Shown: positions 1 through 12,300 of the stretch, in pieces
Layout of the letters: every line of letters starts with the position of its first letter
Position numbering within the stretch: the first letter of the stretch is position 1
DNA from: Candidatus Poribacteria bacterium
GTDB lineage: Bacteria > Poribacteria > WGA-4E > WGA-3G
Direction: 5' to 3'
Length of the DNA stretch: 64,000 bases
Assembly (NCBI GenBank): GCA_965214095.1
Contig: OZ243938.1
Span: forward strand, 3,840,001 to 3,904,000
Translations under genes and position numbers: made by a program
The notes under the pieces: model-generated
The model's input: only the letters and a program-made list of their open reading frames with translations
Databases searched by the model: none
Told to the model about the DNA's origin: nothing

Positions 1-181
1 TGTTGCATCTCCGATAGGATTCCTGTGTGACCACGTTGAAGTGTTATATGACCTTGACATTGAAGCGAAAGAGATAGCAGATACGTGCGGCATAGAATTT
101 ATTCGTGCTGGAACAGTAGGCGACCATCCAAAATTCATACACATGCTTGCGGATTTTGTTTGTGAAAGAGTTGAGATGTAG
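1..181 (+). CDS. hemH: Ferrochelatase/coproporphyrin ferrochelatase, 3' end (partial)
   Basis: Frame 2 reads VASPIGFLCDHVEVLYDLDIEAKE...GDHPKFIHMLAD, stop TAG at 179-181; matches the ferrochelatase F-x-x-D-H-x-E-x-L-Y-D-L-D motif; lies upstream of hemY. Confidence 0.9.
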   Translation, partial: VASPIGFLCDHVEVLYDLDIEAKEIADTCGIEFIRAGTVGDHPKFIHMLADFVCERVEM

Positions 182-252
182 GAGGGAACTCCGATTCCCG
201 ATTATTACTGAGTTAACTCGTACTTGACGACCTCAATATATGAGAGGGTATT

Positions 253-1680
253 TTGATGTCACAAGAACAGATAAGTGCAATTGTTATCGGTGGTGGCATC
301 ACTGGTTTGAGTGCAGCCTATCGCTTAAGACAGGAAGCAGAAGAAAGAGATATTCCTCTTAAAATCACTTTGCTTGAAGCATCCAATAACGTTGGCGGTG
401 TAATTCAAACTGAACACCGAGATGGGTTTATCGTAGAACACGGTCCGGATGCCTTCATTACGACAAAACCGTGGGGAAAAGCGTTATGTGATGAACTCTG
501 TATCTCTGATAAACTGATTGGCACAAATCCAAAGGTCAGACGAAGCTTCGTTGTAAGAGAAGGTAAGTTGCTTCCAGTGCCAGAAGGTTTTTATATGATG
601 GCACCAGGTTCGTTTGGTCCTTTTATCAAGAGTCCTATCTTTAGTCTATGGGGTAAATTTCGTATTGCGCTTGATCTATTTATCCCCCGGCGCAGCGAAA
701 TAGATGATGAGTCAGTTGCAAATTTTGTTAGACGTAGACTTGGAAAGCAGGCTTTTGAACGGATGGCACAACCGATGATAGGTGGTATCTACACCTCAGA
801 TGCCGAAGACTTAAGTCTAAATGCTACGTTTCCAAGATTTCTGGATATGGAACGAGAACACGGAAGCATCATCAAAGCACTCTTGGCACAAAAACGGAAA
901 GCAGCCCAAACAAGCCGTGACACAAGTGGACCGCGTTATAGTCTGTTTCAATCATTTACAGCAGGTATGCAGACATTAACTGATACTCTTGCGGAAAGAC
1001 TATCCGATTGTATTCGTTTACAGAAGAGAGTGAACACAATTCAGCAAGGCGAGAGTGACGTAGGTTGGATTGTGTGTCTTGATGACGGTGAAAAGTTTGA
1101 AGCAGATCTGATTTGTATCGCCTTACCTACCCACCATACCGCCAAACTAATATCTCCTTTTTCATCTTCTCTTGCGGGAAAACTTTCTGCAATTCCGTAT
1201 AAATCGTCTATCACAGTGAATCTTGCTTTTCGTCGTGAAGATGTGTTGCATCCTCTGAATGGAATGGGGTTTGTTGTTCCAATAACAGAAGGATTGCATA
1301 TAGTCGGGTGTTCGTTTAGTAGTGTAAAATTTGAAAACCGTGCTCCAACGGATCATGTTTTATTGCGTGCATTTGTTGGTGAAAACGCATATATAATTGA
1401 CGAAGGAACGGACACCGATAAATTGGTTGCTACTGTACTTAAAGAGGTGACGGAATTACTTGGAATTAGAAATGACCCTATTTTTTCAGTCGTAAGCGAA
1501 CATTCAGCAGCTATGGCACAATATCTCGTCGGACACAAAAAAGTGATTAGTGAGATAGAGAACTTAGTTGAGAACTTTTCTGGACTCGCTTTAGCAGGAA
1601 ATGCTTATCACGGAATCGGAATTCCTGATTGTATCAATAGTGGACAACAAGCAGCATTGAAGTTACTCAATGCATTGTAG
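253..1680 (+). CDS. hemY: Protoporphyrinogen/coproporphyrinogen III oxidase (HemY/HemG flavoprotein)
   Basis: GGGITGLSAAY FAD-binding motif, EHGPDAF, C-terminal LAGNAYHGIGIPDCI; follows hemH. Confidence 0.92.
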   Translation: MMSQEQISAIVIGGGITGLSAAYRLRQEAEERDIPLKITLLEASNNVGGVIQTEHRDGFIVEHGPDAFITTKPWGKALCDELCISDKLIGTNPKVRRSFVVREGKLLPVPEGFYMMAPGSFGPFIKSPIFSLWGKFRIALDLFIPRRSEIDDESVANFVRRRLGKQAFERMAQPMIGGIYTSDAEDLSLNATFPRFLDMEREHGSIIKALLAQKRKAAQTSRDTSGPRYSLFQSFTAGMQTLTDTLAERLSDCIRLQKRVNTIQQGESDVGWIVCLDDGEKFEADLICIALPTHHTAKLISPFSSSLAGKLSAIPYKSSITVNLAFRREDVLHPLNGMGFVVPITEGLHIVGCSFSSVKFENRAPTDHVLLRAFVGENAYIIDEGTDTDKLVATVLKEVTELLGIRNDPIFSVVSEHSAAMAQYLVGHKKVISEIENLVENFSGLALAGNAYHGIGIPDCINSGQQAALKLLNAL

Positions 1681-2704
1681 AAGAACGATGATGCGTTTTA
1701 TAGTTATTTCACGCACTGGTATTGTTAGTATATTTTTGTGTCTTTCGGGGATGTGTATTTTCTCACTCTTTTTGTCCTTTGTATCTGATGTGCGTAGCAA
1801 TGACGATAAGTATCACGACATGTTTCGCGGATTTGAAGAGGGTAAGTGTAAGAGTTGTCATCCAGCCATTTGGCGAGAATGGGAAAAATCTATGCATGCT
1901 CAAGCATGGACAGATGAAGTCTATCAAGCAGCTGCAGCACAGATAAAGGATAGAGAAAATAGTTGTGACCCGTGTCATGCACCAGAACCGATACTTGTGA
2001 CGGGTATTGGGAAAATGCCAAAATTGCGTAACGAACAACGTGACTCAGGCGTTTCATGTCTAATATGTCATCTGGATACGGATGGCGCAATGCATGGACC
2101 TCCTGCAAGTGCTGAAACAAATTTCCATGCAAATGTAACCGATCCTATCTATACGTCACCAACAAAACTCTGTGCTACGTGTCATGGTCAGAAAAGTGTC
2201 CCCGAACACGATCAGGTATCAAGTTTTCTTGACAGTAGATATGCGGAAGAAAAGAAGAGTTGTGCTACATGCCACATGCCTATTGTCAATCGGATGCAGA
2301 GCACAGCAAGTTACGAAAGCATCAAAGGGAGGAAACATACATGGCGTGGTAGTCGTAGTGTTGCTCAACTTAAGAGTGCTGCGACGGTCAAGATAGAGTT
2401 TGAAGGTAAGAAGGCAACAGTGATTCTACAAAACAAAGCCGGACATCTTATGCCGGGTGGAACGTTACGGACTATCATTCTTGATGTGACACACCTTTCA
2501 CCTGATGGCATTCAGCAACAGGAAAAACAGGTTTTAATTTCAGAAAAAACGGCAAATCGTCTAAAACCAGATGAGAAACGCACTTTTGTTTTTGCCGTGA
2601 ACGTGGGTGACAATCTTACAGCTCGTTTAAGGTATCAACTCACGCCAGAAACACCTGAAGATAAGTGGGTGCTTATGGCAGAAGTGATTATGGTTGTGCC
2701 GTAA
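1670..2704 (+). CDS. Membrane-anchored pentaheme c-type cytochrome (c554/c552-like)
   Basis: N-terminal hydrophobic segment; five CxxCH motifs (CKSCH, CDPCH, CLICH, CATCH, CATCH); WEKSMHAQAW motif. Confidence 0.85.
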   Translation: MHCRRTMMRFIVISRTGIVSIFLCLSGMCIFSLFLSFVSDVRSNDDKYHDMFRGFEEGKCKSCHPAIWREWEKSMHAQAWTDEVYQAAAAQIKDRENSCDPCHAPEPILVTGIGKMPKLRNEQRDSGVSCLICHLDTDGAMHGPPASAETNFHANVTDPIYTSPTKLCATCHGQKSVPEHDQVSSFLDSRYAEEKKSCATCHMPIVNRMQSTASYESIKGRKHTWRGSRSVAQLKSAATVKIEFEGKKATVILQNKAGHLMPGGTLRTIILDVTHLSPDGIQQQEKQVLISEKTANRLKPDEKRTFVFAVNVGDNLTARLRYQLTPETPEDKWVLMAEVIMVVP

Positions 2705-2760
2705 TTTATGTTGGTACTGTTAATGAAACATAAACTCTATACATCCCAAGAGAATCTTTG

Positions 2761-2789
2761 TTGACAAATTAATCGTTTTTTAGTACTAT
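2761..2789 (+). promoter_or_regulatory. Sigma70-type promoter P1 upstream of the giant surface-protein gene
   Basis: TTGACA-17 nt-TACTAT. Confidence 0.6.
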
Positions 2790-2856
2790 GTCAAATAGAT
2801 TATTTTTTAATTGTTTATGTATGTAGAATATTTTGGTAAAAATTCAGAATTTTCAT

Positions 2857-2885
2857 TTGACATAATTTATTAATTATGGTATTAT
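2857..2885 (+). promoter_or_regulatory. Sigma70-type promoter P2 (extended -10)
   Basis: TTGACA-17 nt-TATTAT with TGn before the -10. Confidence 0.65.
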
Positions 2886-2979
2886 ATTATACATTGATTG
2901 CAATTTAATCGTAAAATACAAATAGGCGGGGAAATTTACCGAATTTCTAACATAAAACGCCACATCCCGATTAAAATGC

Positions 2980-3008
2980 TTGCTTTATCTTGTTACTTTT
3001 GTTAAAAT
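2980..3008 (+). promoter_or_regulatory. Sigma70-type promoter P3 (extended -10)
   Basis: TTGCTT-17 nt-TAAAAT with TGn before the -10. Confidence 0.5.
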
Positions 3009-3110
3009 AACAGACGTTCTTATATTATGATCACAATTTTTTAAGTTAAATACATTATGTTACGTAATCATTTGAATCTGTTATGTGAACCTTCCATAAA
3101 GATTCCCGCT

Positions 3111-3303
3111 GGTCAAATACAAAACTTCGGTGCCACATTTTGCTCGCTTTTGACCTTACAAAACGGATACGTTGACACTATCCGCGGGTTGATTTACGTA
3201 CTAAAGGAAAGAAATTAAATGCTTGGTAGTAGGATGTTTATTTTGGATGGGCAGACACCTACCTCCGGTCGTTTTATAGTGTTTCCCGCTTGCCCATCTA
3301 AAA
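3111..3303 (+). promoter_or_regulatory. Structured 5' leader (three stem-loops)
   Basis: ggtcaaa/tttgacc (3111-3155), cggata/tatccg (3164-3184), ttttggatgggca/tgcccatctaaaa (3241-3303). Confidence 0.45.
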
Positions 3304-3355
3304 ACTTCAGTATTTAGTCTCGTATTTGCGTAGACTTAACGAGGAGGAAGAGTTA

Positions 3356-6300
3356 ATGAAAAAACGAACACTTGTTTGTTTTTTGATTTTTTTATTGTGT
3401 GTTTTTCACAGTTCAATTCCAGACACAGTGTTTGGGCAAGATGCGGATCAAACTCCAGAACAACTTGCTAAACAGGTGTTTGACGAACACAATCAGGTAC
3501 TTCGACGTGCAAGTGTAAAACAGTACCTGCCAGAGATTATTGAAGGACTTAAATCTACAGATGCGGACATCGTTTCTCTAATTAATTTAGCTATCACTTT
3601 GGTAGGGAGCGACCCCTCTGGGACAGGTTTAAAGGCTGCTGCTGAATCTCAAGGAGTCACACTAACAGATGACCATATTGCAATTATTGCTGACTCAGAT
3701 GTTCAAAAAGTACTTCAAGATGACACCACTGTGGCATTATTGAGTCTTACTGGTGATGACCTTGCGGCAGGACTTGATGAGCTTTTGAGGTTGATCAATG
3801 AGTCTGAGGCAATTACGGATCCAGGAGATTCAACTCCACCAGATCCAGCACCACCGACGATATCTATTACAACCCCGAGTCCGACAACTGCTCAAAGTGG
3901 TTCGTTTAATGTCGCTTTTACTACTGCTGATGCTAACCAAGACCCGGTTACTGTGACAGCATCTATTTCGGTAGATCCAGCTGAGGCAGCGGGATATTAC
4001 AGCAGTACGGTCATTGGCAACAGTGTCCGGGTTACGCAGACTGCTCCCACCACGGCAATGTCTACCATTCCTGGCGCGGCTGTCACGTTGACTCTGACAG
4101 CTAACGATGGGACAGCGGATTCAACCCCTGCAACTATTGTGATTACATTTGGTGCAGCGGAGTTACCGCCAGAGAAACCTCCAGAACCACCGGATAAGCC
4201 AGAACCTCCGACAGGTGATGAATTACCGCCAATTGGCGAAATTACTTCAAACTTGAACGGAACGTCACGAGTTGGTGGTTTATCCCTTAACCGGGTGCAT
4301 GGTAGAGCGTTTATCCGTGGTCTTATTGTTGAGGCTGCTGGACAAGCTACTCTTGATGCTTTTAATCAGAATCCTGACGCACTTGTTGAACCCGTTGTTG
4401 ATTTTATTTTGAATCAAGTGCCAGCAGGTTTTCTCCCAAAGAAACAGATTAGGCAAATGTTAACTGCAACACAACCTTCCTCTATTTTTGCTGAGGAAGC
4501 GGATTCGCAGTTGGATTTTGAGAACTTTGGGAATGCAATTGCACCAGCCCTTAATGAAATCATCTATACCAATGTAGATAATACTACGAAATACCTTGCA
4601 AGTGATAATCTGAATGTGTATGTCCGAGTTCCAGATACACTTCTTGGTGGTAACGTTGAAGTTGGTCTAAATGGTTATAAAGTTGCAAATGCAACGCGTA
4701 TCACTCCGTTAGTATTCCAACAGGATACGATTCCATATACATTCAGTTTGGATGAAACGCTTGCTGCGATGAACTTACCAGCATGGCCGAATGCAAATTT
4801 TGATAACCAACTATTCTCAGGTGTTGTCCTGCGTTATTCACAAACTGGTATTGATGGTGAATATATTGCTGTTGATATGGATCCAGTGCAGAGTGAGAAA
4901 GGTGTGGTTTGGGAAAGTGAAATAGGTATTCCGCCGCCAAAAGAAGAAAGAGACCCTGCAGCGAATATCTACTACTATTTTGAAGTCACATTGGCTGAAC
5001 CAGTGATGCTTGAACTTATCAACCCAGAAGCACTTAGTGAAGCGGTCAATTCAGTAGATGGAACACATACGCTTGAAGCAACTAGGACTTATGAGATCAA
5101 CAGTTGGGCAATGCCTGATCCGCGTAACATTCAATTGGATGATCGTGGTATATTGGAAGCGTTGTTCACAGATGATGTAAGAAATCAAATCATCCAAATT
5201 GTTGCACCTTTAGTTAATGAGATATTGGCTGGCAACGCATCAGAGATTAGAGTTCCTGGTAATCAAATTCGAGGACTCCAAAATGCATTGCTAAATAGTG
5301 CCAATGACTTATTCACACACTTTGAGACAACATTTGATCCGATGCTGGTTTCTGTATTCAGTTTGCCTTATGTTGACATAGCGACAGAGTCTCTCTGGTA
5401 TGCAAATATAGACCCAATTGCTGATGGACCTGTGAACTTTGAGGCACGTGTTGTTAATGCTGATGGTGATGTTGTAGATCATATTGTTGAAGAAATTACA
5501 GCTGATGATTCTGCACCTGAAGCAACCATCACTGAAATGGATGAAAACATCGTTCCTGCTGGAAATGCAACAGGTTACTGGAACCGAGATGGTGTTTTTG
5601 TTTCTACTGCAACTCCCGCAGATACGCCTGCTTTGATTAACATTACAAGCACTGTTACAAAAGGCACTGTAGGAGAAGGTGAAGGTTATCTCGTTTACCA
5701 GATTATCAAATTGGATGAGCATGGAAGACCTTTGAGCACTTGGTTGCCATTGACAGTTCTGAATTCTATGGTATCCTCTGATCTTTGGGATCTTGTTGTT
5801 GAAAATTTACCAGATGATCTGACAGAATTTGCTGTTCCAGGTACTGATACCACACTTAATATCAGTGATTTTCCATTAGAATTCATAATTAGTGCGCTAC
5901 AAGGTGATGTGCCTATTCCAGGTGTTGATATAGACACAATCATTATTGATGCTATAGAAGATTTCGTTGGAATAAGGATAAGTGAAGATCAATATGCGTT
6001 ACTCGCAGAGCTATTAGGCGCAGTTGTTGATGACATAAACTTATTTCCAATCACCTCTGACCCATCACGCATGATGACAATACCTATTCAAGGTGCAAAT
6101 ATGCCACTTATGCTTGGTAATTACGGCATTCGTGCGATGGGTATTGATACACTCTTTAATGTTGGTTCTCATGTGGCTCCAACACGTTTGAGAGTCGTTG
6201 TCCCTGAATGGGATAGAACCAGTGTCACTATGGCAAGTTTAGGAGATCTCAATGGTGATGGTGATGCGGATGAAGCGTATGAAAGTGGAACTATCTATAG

Positions 6301-9300
6301 TAATGCTACAGATGTTACGTTAACAGTCGTGGTTGATGAGCGCACGGTGCATCCAGGAACAGTAATGGTTCAATATTTGGATGCTGAAGGAACTTGGCAG
6401 ACCATCGATGAACTTGAATTAGCCGAAGCCGGTGTTCCAGCAGGAACAGCACTCACACTTCCATGGAGCGTAACCGATTTTGATGATTTAGTCATGGCGG
6501 GTGATACCGTTGAACTTCGGACAGTTACTACGAACGGTCTGAAACTTACTGATGAATCAGAAACGTTTAGCATTAATCTTGATGCTGATGTTCATCCAGT
6601 TGATCCGAAAGTCCTGAATGTTGATTTTGATGAAACATCTGTCATGATGACAAATCCTGATAGTGGTGCCCCACAAGGCACAATCCAACTGATTGCACAT
6701 ACGCCACGCAGAACCGTACCTGAAACTACATCACTTCTTGTTGAAGTAAAACGCGCAAGTGATGAAAAATGGTCAATGGTTGGTACTGTTGAAATGGGTG
6801 ATGCAAACGGTATGAGTGGTGTAGATGCCGCCGCAATTATGTTTAAAGGTAAAACATTAGGCGAAATCTATCCTTCAGATGCTTCAATGATTCACATTAA
6901 TGAAACCAGCAGTTACCTAATGTGGACTATAACTGTAGATACAACACTCTTAGAAGATAGTATTACAGTGGATAACCCGGGTGCTCGTGATGCATCAATG
7001 GATGACAACCAATATATGGTTCGTGCTACACCTGTTGTTGATGGTAGTCTACCAGATAATCCTAATGAAAATCCGACAGCTGAAGGTGAGGAATATACGG
7101 AAATGTTCTCAGTTGACAACGATGATGATGTCGCACCGCTTGGTCCGACGAATGTTGTTGCAACAAGCATTGACGCGATGTATCATGTGTTTGAAGACAA
7201 TGGTGATGGAACATACACCGTTGGCGGTCTCGTTGATAAGTATGATCCAGAGATCAACTCTCCGACCGTTACTATTGCAATTACACCATCTGCTGATCGT
7301 CCTACATACCATTCAGTCAAGTTGCTAACGACACTGCCCGAAGGTGCTATTATCGGTGAAATCACTGAAACCGCTGAAGGTAGTGGTGTGTTTACTGTAA
7401 CAATTGATGTTGGCACACTTATGGATGCTGATGAGTTTGTTCACAATGACAGATACCTTGAGGACGCATATATAGATAATCCAAGCGAATTTATCTACAA
7501 TCCGAAAGGTGATGTCTTTACATTCCAACTTCATGCATTAGCGTATGATAAAGCAGAAGCGTATGATGATGCTACTGCTGCAGACGAAATGTTCATGGAA
7601 TATGGGAATGTCCAAGCTGACGATTATGATGGTGACGAAATCACGGTCAATGTGCAAAACACATACAGAAATGATCCTGGTGTGATAGCAATAACCGTTG
7701 AAAATTCAGATGGTATGGTAAATCCTGATAGTGGTGCACCACAAGGTGAACTTACTTTCAATGTATATACATACTATGTTACATCACCTCCAACCGAAGG
7801 AATTCGTGTTGAAGTGAAACGACCCGTTGATGATACATGGGAACGTATTACAGGTACTGCTGTAGAGCCCGTTGAAGTAGATGTTTCCGATGTGCCAGGT
7901 ATTGCCGATTTAGACGATATTACTGGCGGACTTATCGGAATTACACAAGCAGGAACTGAATCAGGTGGTGAATCTGTAGTCGCAATTCCCGGACGTTTCA
8001 TGAAATGGCAGTTTATCGTTGATACTCGCGAGTTAGCACTTGAAGATACCGTCACAGCAGAAGGTACCATCAAATTAGATGATACAATCAGTCGTGGCGA
8101 TGCATCTGAACGTGATGTATCTGTAGACGAAAACCAATATGAAGTGCGGGCGATTTCGCTCACACCAAAGAATATCGATCATCCTGAATACCCACAACGG
8201 GATGGTGTTGAAGCATCCTTCTCATTAGATAATGTTGATGATGTTCCACCACTAGGTCCCACAAATATCGTTGGTGTTTCTGATAGAGATGCCTATGGTG
8301 ATATGCAATCGATTGAAGCCAATGAAGATGGCAGCTACACGGTTGGTGGTATTGTTGATCAAGGTGTGAATTCACCCGCTGGAATATTCCATATTGAACC
8401 AACTGCTGAACCAATTACTTATGCTGGTGGTAGCCTTAAGCTTGTTCAAACTGCTCCTGATGGAACAGAAACAGAAGCTGCTGGAAGCCTTGATGATGGG
8501 TATATTGAAATAGATGTAGGTCTTCTTGAAAATGGAACTTACATGTATTATGCCCTCGTTGCTGATAAAGAAGGTAATGTTCAAGTACAAGGTGAAGCAG
8601 ATATGCCATCACCTATTGTAACTGTTCATGTCAATAACTTCCGTGTAAGTGATATTACAGATCTTACTGTAACTTCAGTTGATGGCGTAATGGTTGATGG
8701 AGAACTTCCTGAAAGGATTCCTCTCCGTGAGTCCATCGGCGTTAGTTTCAATGTTCCTAATGGCACATTGATGGTTGATGATCTTACTGCTGTTCATGTC
8801 AATGGCGAACAGGCTGCATTTGCTGCTGGTAGTGATGCTGAAAACGCATTCTCGCTGATGGCATCAGAACTATCAAAGATTGCAAGTGGTCACTATACTG
8901 TACGAGGTGAAGTAACCAAACGCAATGGTTCTGTAACCTTCCCAATGGCAATGGTCAACTTGGATAATACCGCACCTATGATTAGTTTCGTATCACCTGT
9001 TGAAGGTGAAGCGATAAATGATTTACCTACGCTTCATGCTATGTTTAATGATGGTGATCTCGGTGTTGGAATAAGTGTTGACACAGCAATGGTAGGCTTA
9101 GCACGGGTAAGACCTGACAGTGAAAGCCAAGAAGAAATTGCCATTGATGTAGACCAAGGCATGGTTGAACAAGACATCGACTCAGTTGTCTACACTCGTA
9201 TTGACAAACTTGCAGGCGGTGCCTATAAGTTTACAGTACAAGTTTCTGACAGCCTCGGTAACGTTGGTGAAGCATCAATAGCATTTGCTGTTGAAGGTAT

Positions 9301-12300
9301 CAATCCAACTGTTATGATTACTGCACCTGCTTCTGGACAGGCATTTGACGCAAGTCCAGCAAGTGTCACTGGTTTTTTTGCCGGTGGTGGTGAAGTAAAT
9401 ATCACAAGTTTTACCGTGAATGATGTTGATGTTTCAGAATCGGTAACAGTAGATGAAAGCAACTTCACTTATGTGCCTGATGAAGGTTTCAGTGAAGATG
9501 CATATACAGTCTCTGTTGAGGTAACAGATGGTAGCGGATTAACCGCACAAACATCATTAACCTTTACAGTTGAATATCCAGTTCCAACCGCAACTATTGA
9601 CACACCAACTGCTGGTCAAGTCTATAACCACGGTAAACCAATTATTACAGGCACATTCTCTGGAGCTGACCCCGTAATAGGAACACTCTCCATTGATGAT
9701 GGCGAAGGTGTGATGGTTGTTGATGGTAATGACTTCACTTATGAACCAACTGAAAACTTGGCTGATGGTGACCATACAGTCACTCTCGCCGTGATAGATG
9801 TCAATGGAAATACTGCAGAAGCAACGACCGAGTTCACAATAAATATCGCAGGTCCTTCCGTAGCAATCCATTCACCTACTGCAGGGCAGATGTATGACCA
9901 CGGTATGCCAAGTATTAGAGTTGAAGCTTCTGCCGACGACGAAGCACAACCCGTAACAGTTTCAGTTATGGTTAATAGTGAAGCTGCGACAATGAATGAT
10001 GATGGCACGTATTCACCTGCTGCTGAGTTAGGTGATGGTGAGCATACAGTAGTTGCTACGGCGACAGATGCCAATGGTAAGACTGCTGAGGCAACAGTTA
10101 TCTTCTCTGTCCTATTGCCTGTCCCGACAGCGTCCATAACAACACCCGCAGCAGGTCAAGTCTATGACCACGGCATGCCTATTATCACGGGTGAAGTTTC
10201 TGGTGCTACACCAATAGCAGGTGTACTCTCTGTTGACGGTAAAGAGGTAATGAAAGTAACTGATACTGAATTCTCTTATACACCAACAGATGCACTGAGT
10301 GATGGAGACCATACAGTCATGGTGTCAATCACTGATGCAAACGGTAGAACCGCGCAAGCATCTACAAGTTTCACAGTGAATATACCTGGTCCGTCAGTCA
10401 CACTTCATTCACCAGCCTCTGGACAGATGTATAGTTATGACGAACCAGTAATAACTTGGGAATCATCTGGCGTTGCAGAACCTATTTCTACATCCCTGAC
10501 AATTAATGGTGAGGAAGTAGAATTAGCAGACGGCGCAGATAGTTATACACCTGAAGAAGGTTTAGGTGAAGGTGAGCATACGGTTGTTGTAATGGTGACA
10601 GATGTAAATGGAAAAACTGCACAAGCAACTGCTGTCTTTACAGTAGAATTTCCAATGGCATCCGTAACACTTACATCACCAACTGCTGGACACACCTATA
10701 CCAACGGCTCACCGGTTATTAGCGGTGAATTCACAGGTGTTGGTGAAGTTGAAGTGAAAGTTACTGTTGCAGGTAAAGACGCAAAAGTTACCAAAGATGG
10801 AAACCAATTTACAGCTGAACACCCAAGTGTTTTGGGACATGGTATGCATAAGGTTGAAGTTGAAGTAACAGATGCTAACGGAGAATCAGCAATGACTTCT
10901 GCTGAATTCATGGTTGATCTACCAGCACCAACTGTTGAAATTCTTTCACCAGCTCCTGCACAAACTTATGGTAATGGTGAAGCAGTTGTTGTTAGAGTTG
11001 AATACGCTGGTATGGATGTAAGTGTATCATCATTTACTATCAACGGCGAAGATGTTGAGGTAGAACCCGAAGACAACATGTTCATGCATACACCAGAAGG
11101 ATTAACAACTGGCGAGTATGTTGTGAACGTTGAAGTTACGGATGCTGCCAATAATAAGACAGCAATGGATACTGTTGTATTCAATGTTAAGTTGGATTCA
11201 ACGCCACCTGTCATTTCTGAAGTTGCACCATCAGGAACTCTCAAGGACACATGGGTGAATGTCTCTGTTGTCGTTAGTGATGAGCAGTCTGATATAATAG
11301 GTGTTGACTTCTTCATTCGCAATGAAGCTGATACACATAAAGGATTCCTTCCTTTAGGTACTGTTATTGCAGGTGCTCAAAATAGTGCGACTACACAGCA
11401 AATTGCTGATGGCAATGTCCTGACGCAAGGAAGTTTCGCAAATGGAACACATACACTGAAAGTAGTTGCTACCAGTGAAGGTGGATCATCGTCTCATACA
11501 TGGTCATTCACAGTGGTTACAGACAACATCAAACCAACGATCACATCAATCACACCATCTGGTACACTTCATGCTGGACTTCCGACAATATCGGCAAGTG
11601 CACATGATGCATCAGGTGTGGCTGAGATTGTTATTACCGTGATGGATAGTAGTGGTGAAGTTGTTGAAGGTAACATGGAGAATGATGATGAGGATGGTTC
11701 TGAGGGGATCACCCGTTCTGACTTCATGCCTGAGATGCCTCTTGATGAAGGCACTTATGTGATTGAAGTTCGAGCGACCGATACACACGGCAATACATCT
11801 TCTGCAAAAGGTGGATTCTCTATTGACTTTGATACTGCTGCACCATTGATCACTTCTTCATCACCACAGAATGGTGCACGCTTGATGTATGCACATGATG
11901 ATGAGAAGAGACCAACTATTTCGGTCACCTATGGTGATGCAGAAACCGGTGTCAACGTTAAATCCATAAGGTTTGTCTTCAATGACGAGTTGATTAACCT
12001 CACAGATGATCAAAAGTCAGCAACACAGGTAATCTATATGCCTCCTGCTGACCTTGAACCTGGACAATATACGGTTAAGATAGAGGTGTCTGACAACGCG
12101 CAGAAACAAGGAAACGTCTCTGATGAAGCAGAAGGTGCTCGTGAAGCGAACACTGCTGTTTATGAGTTTAGTTTCTTTGTTGAGCATGGCGATGTGCCAA
12201 TTCTGAGGGCAGCACCATTTAACTATCCTAACCCATTCACGGATAAAACTCGGATTTCACTCGTACTTGCACGTCGTTCAAATGTTACTATCACAATATA

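Noticed and set aside
3129-3144. Sigma54 promoter upstream of the giant gene
   Set aside because: GG-to-GC spacing is 11 nt rather than the required 10
3111-3303. Known riboswitch (c-di-GMP, SAM, TPP, cobalamin)
   Set aside because: No diagnostic conserved motifs recognised; kept only as an unassigned structured leader
4743-11754. Many short antisense ORFs in the giant gene (and similar shadow ORFs elsewhere)
   Set aside because: They lie wholly within well-supported genes, have no recognisable motifs and are expected from codon bias
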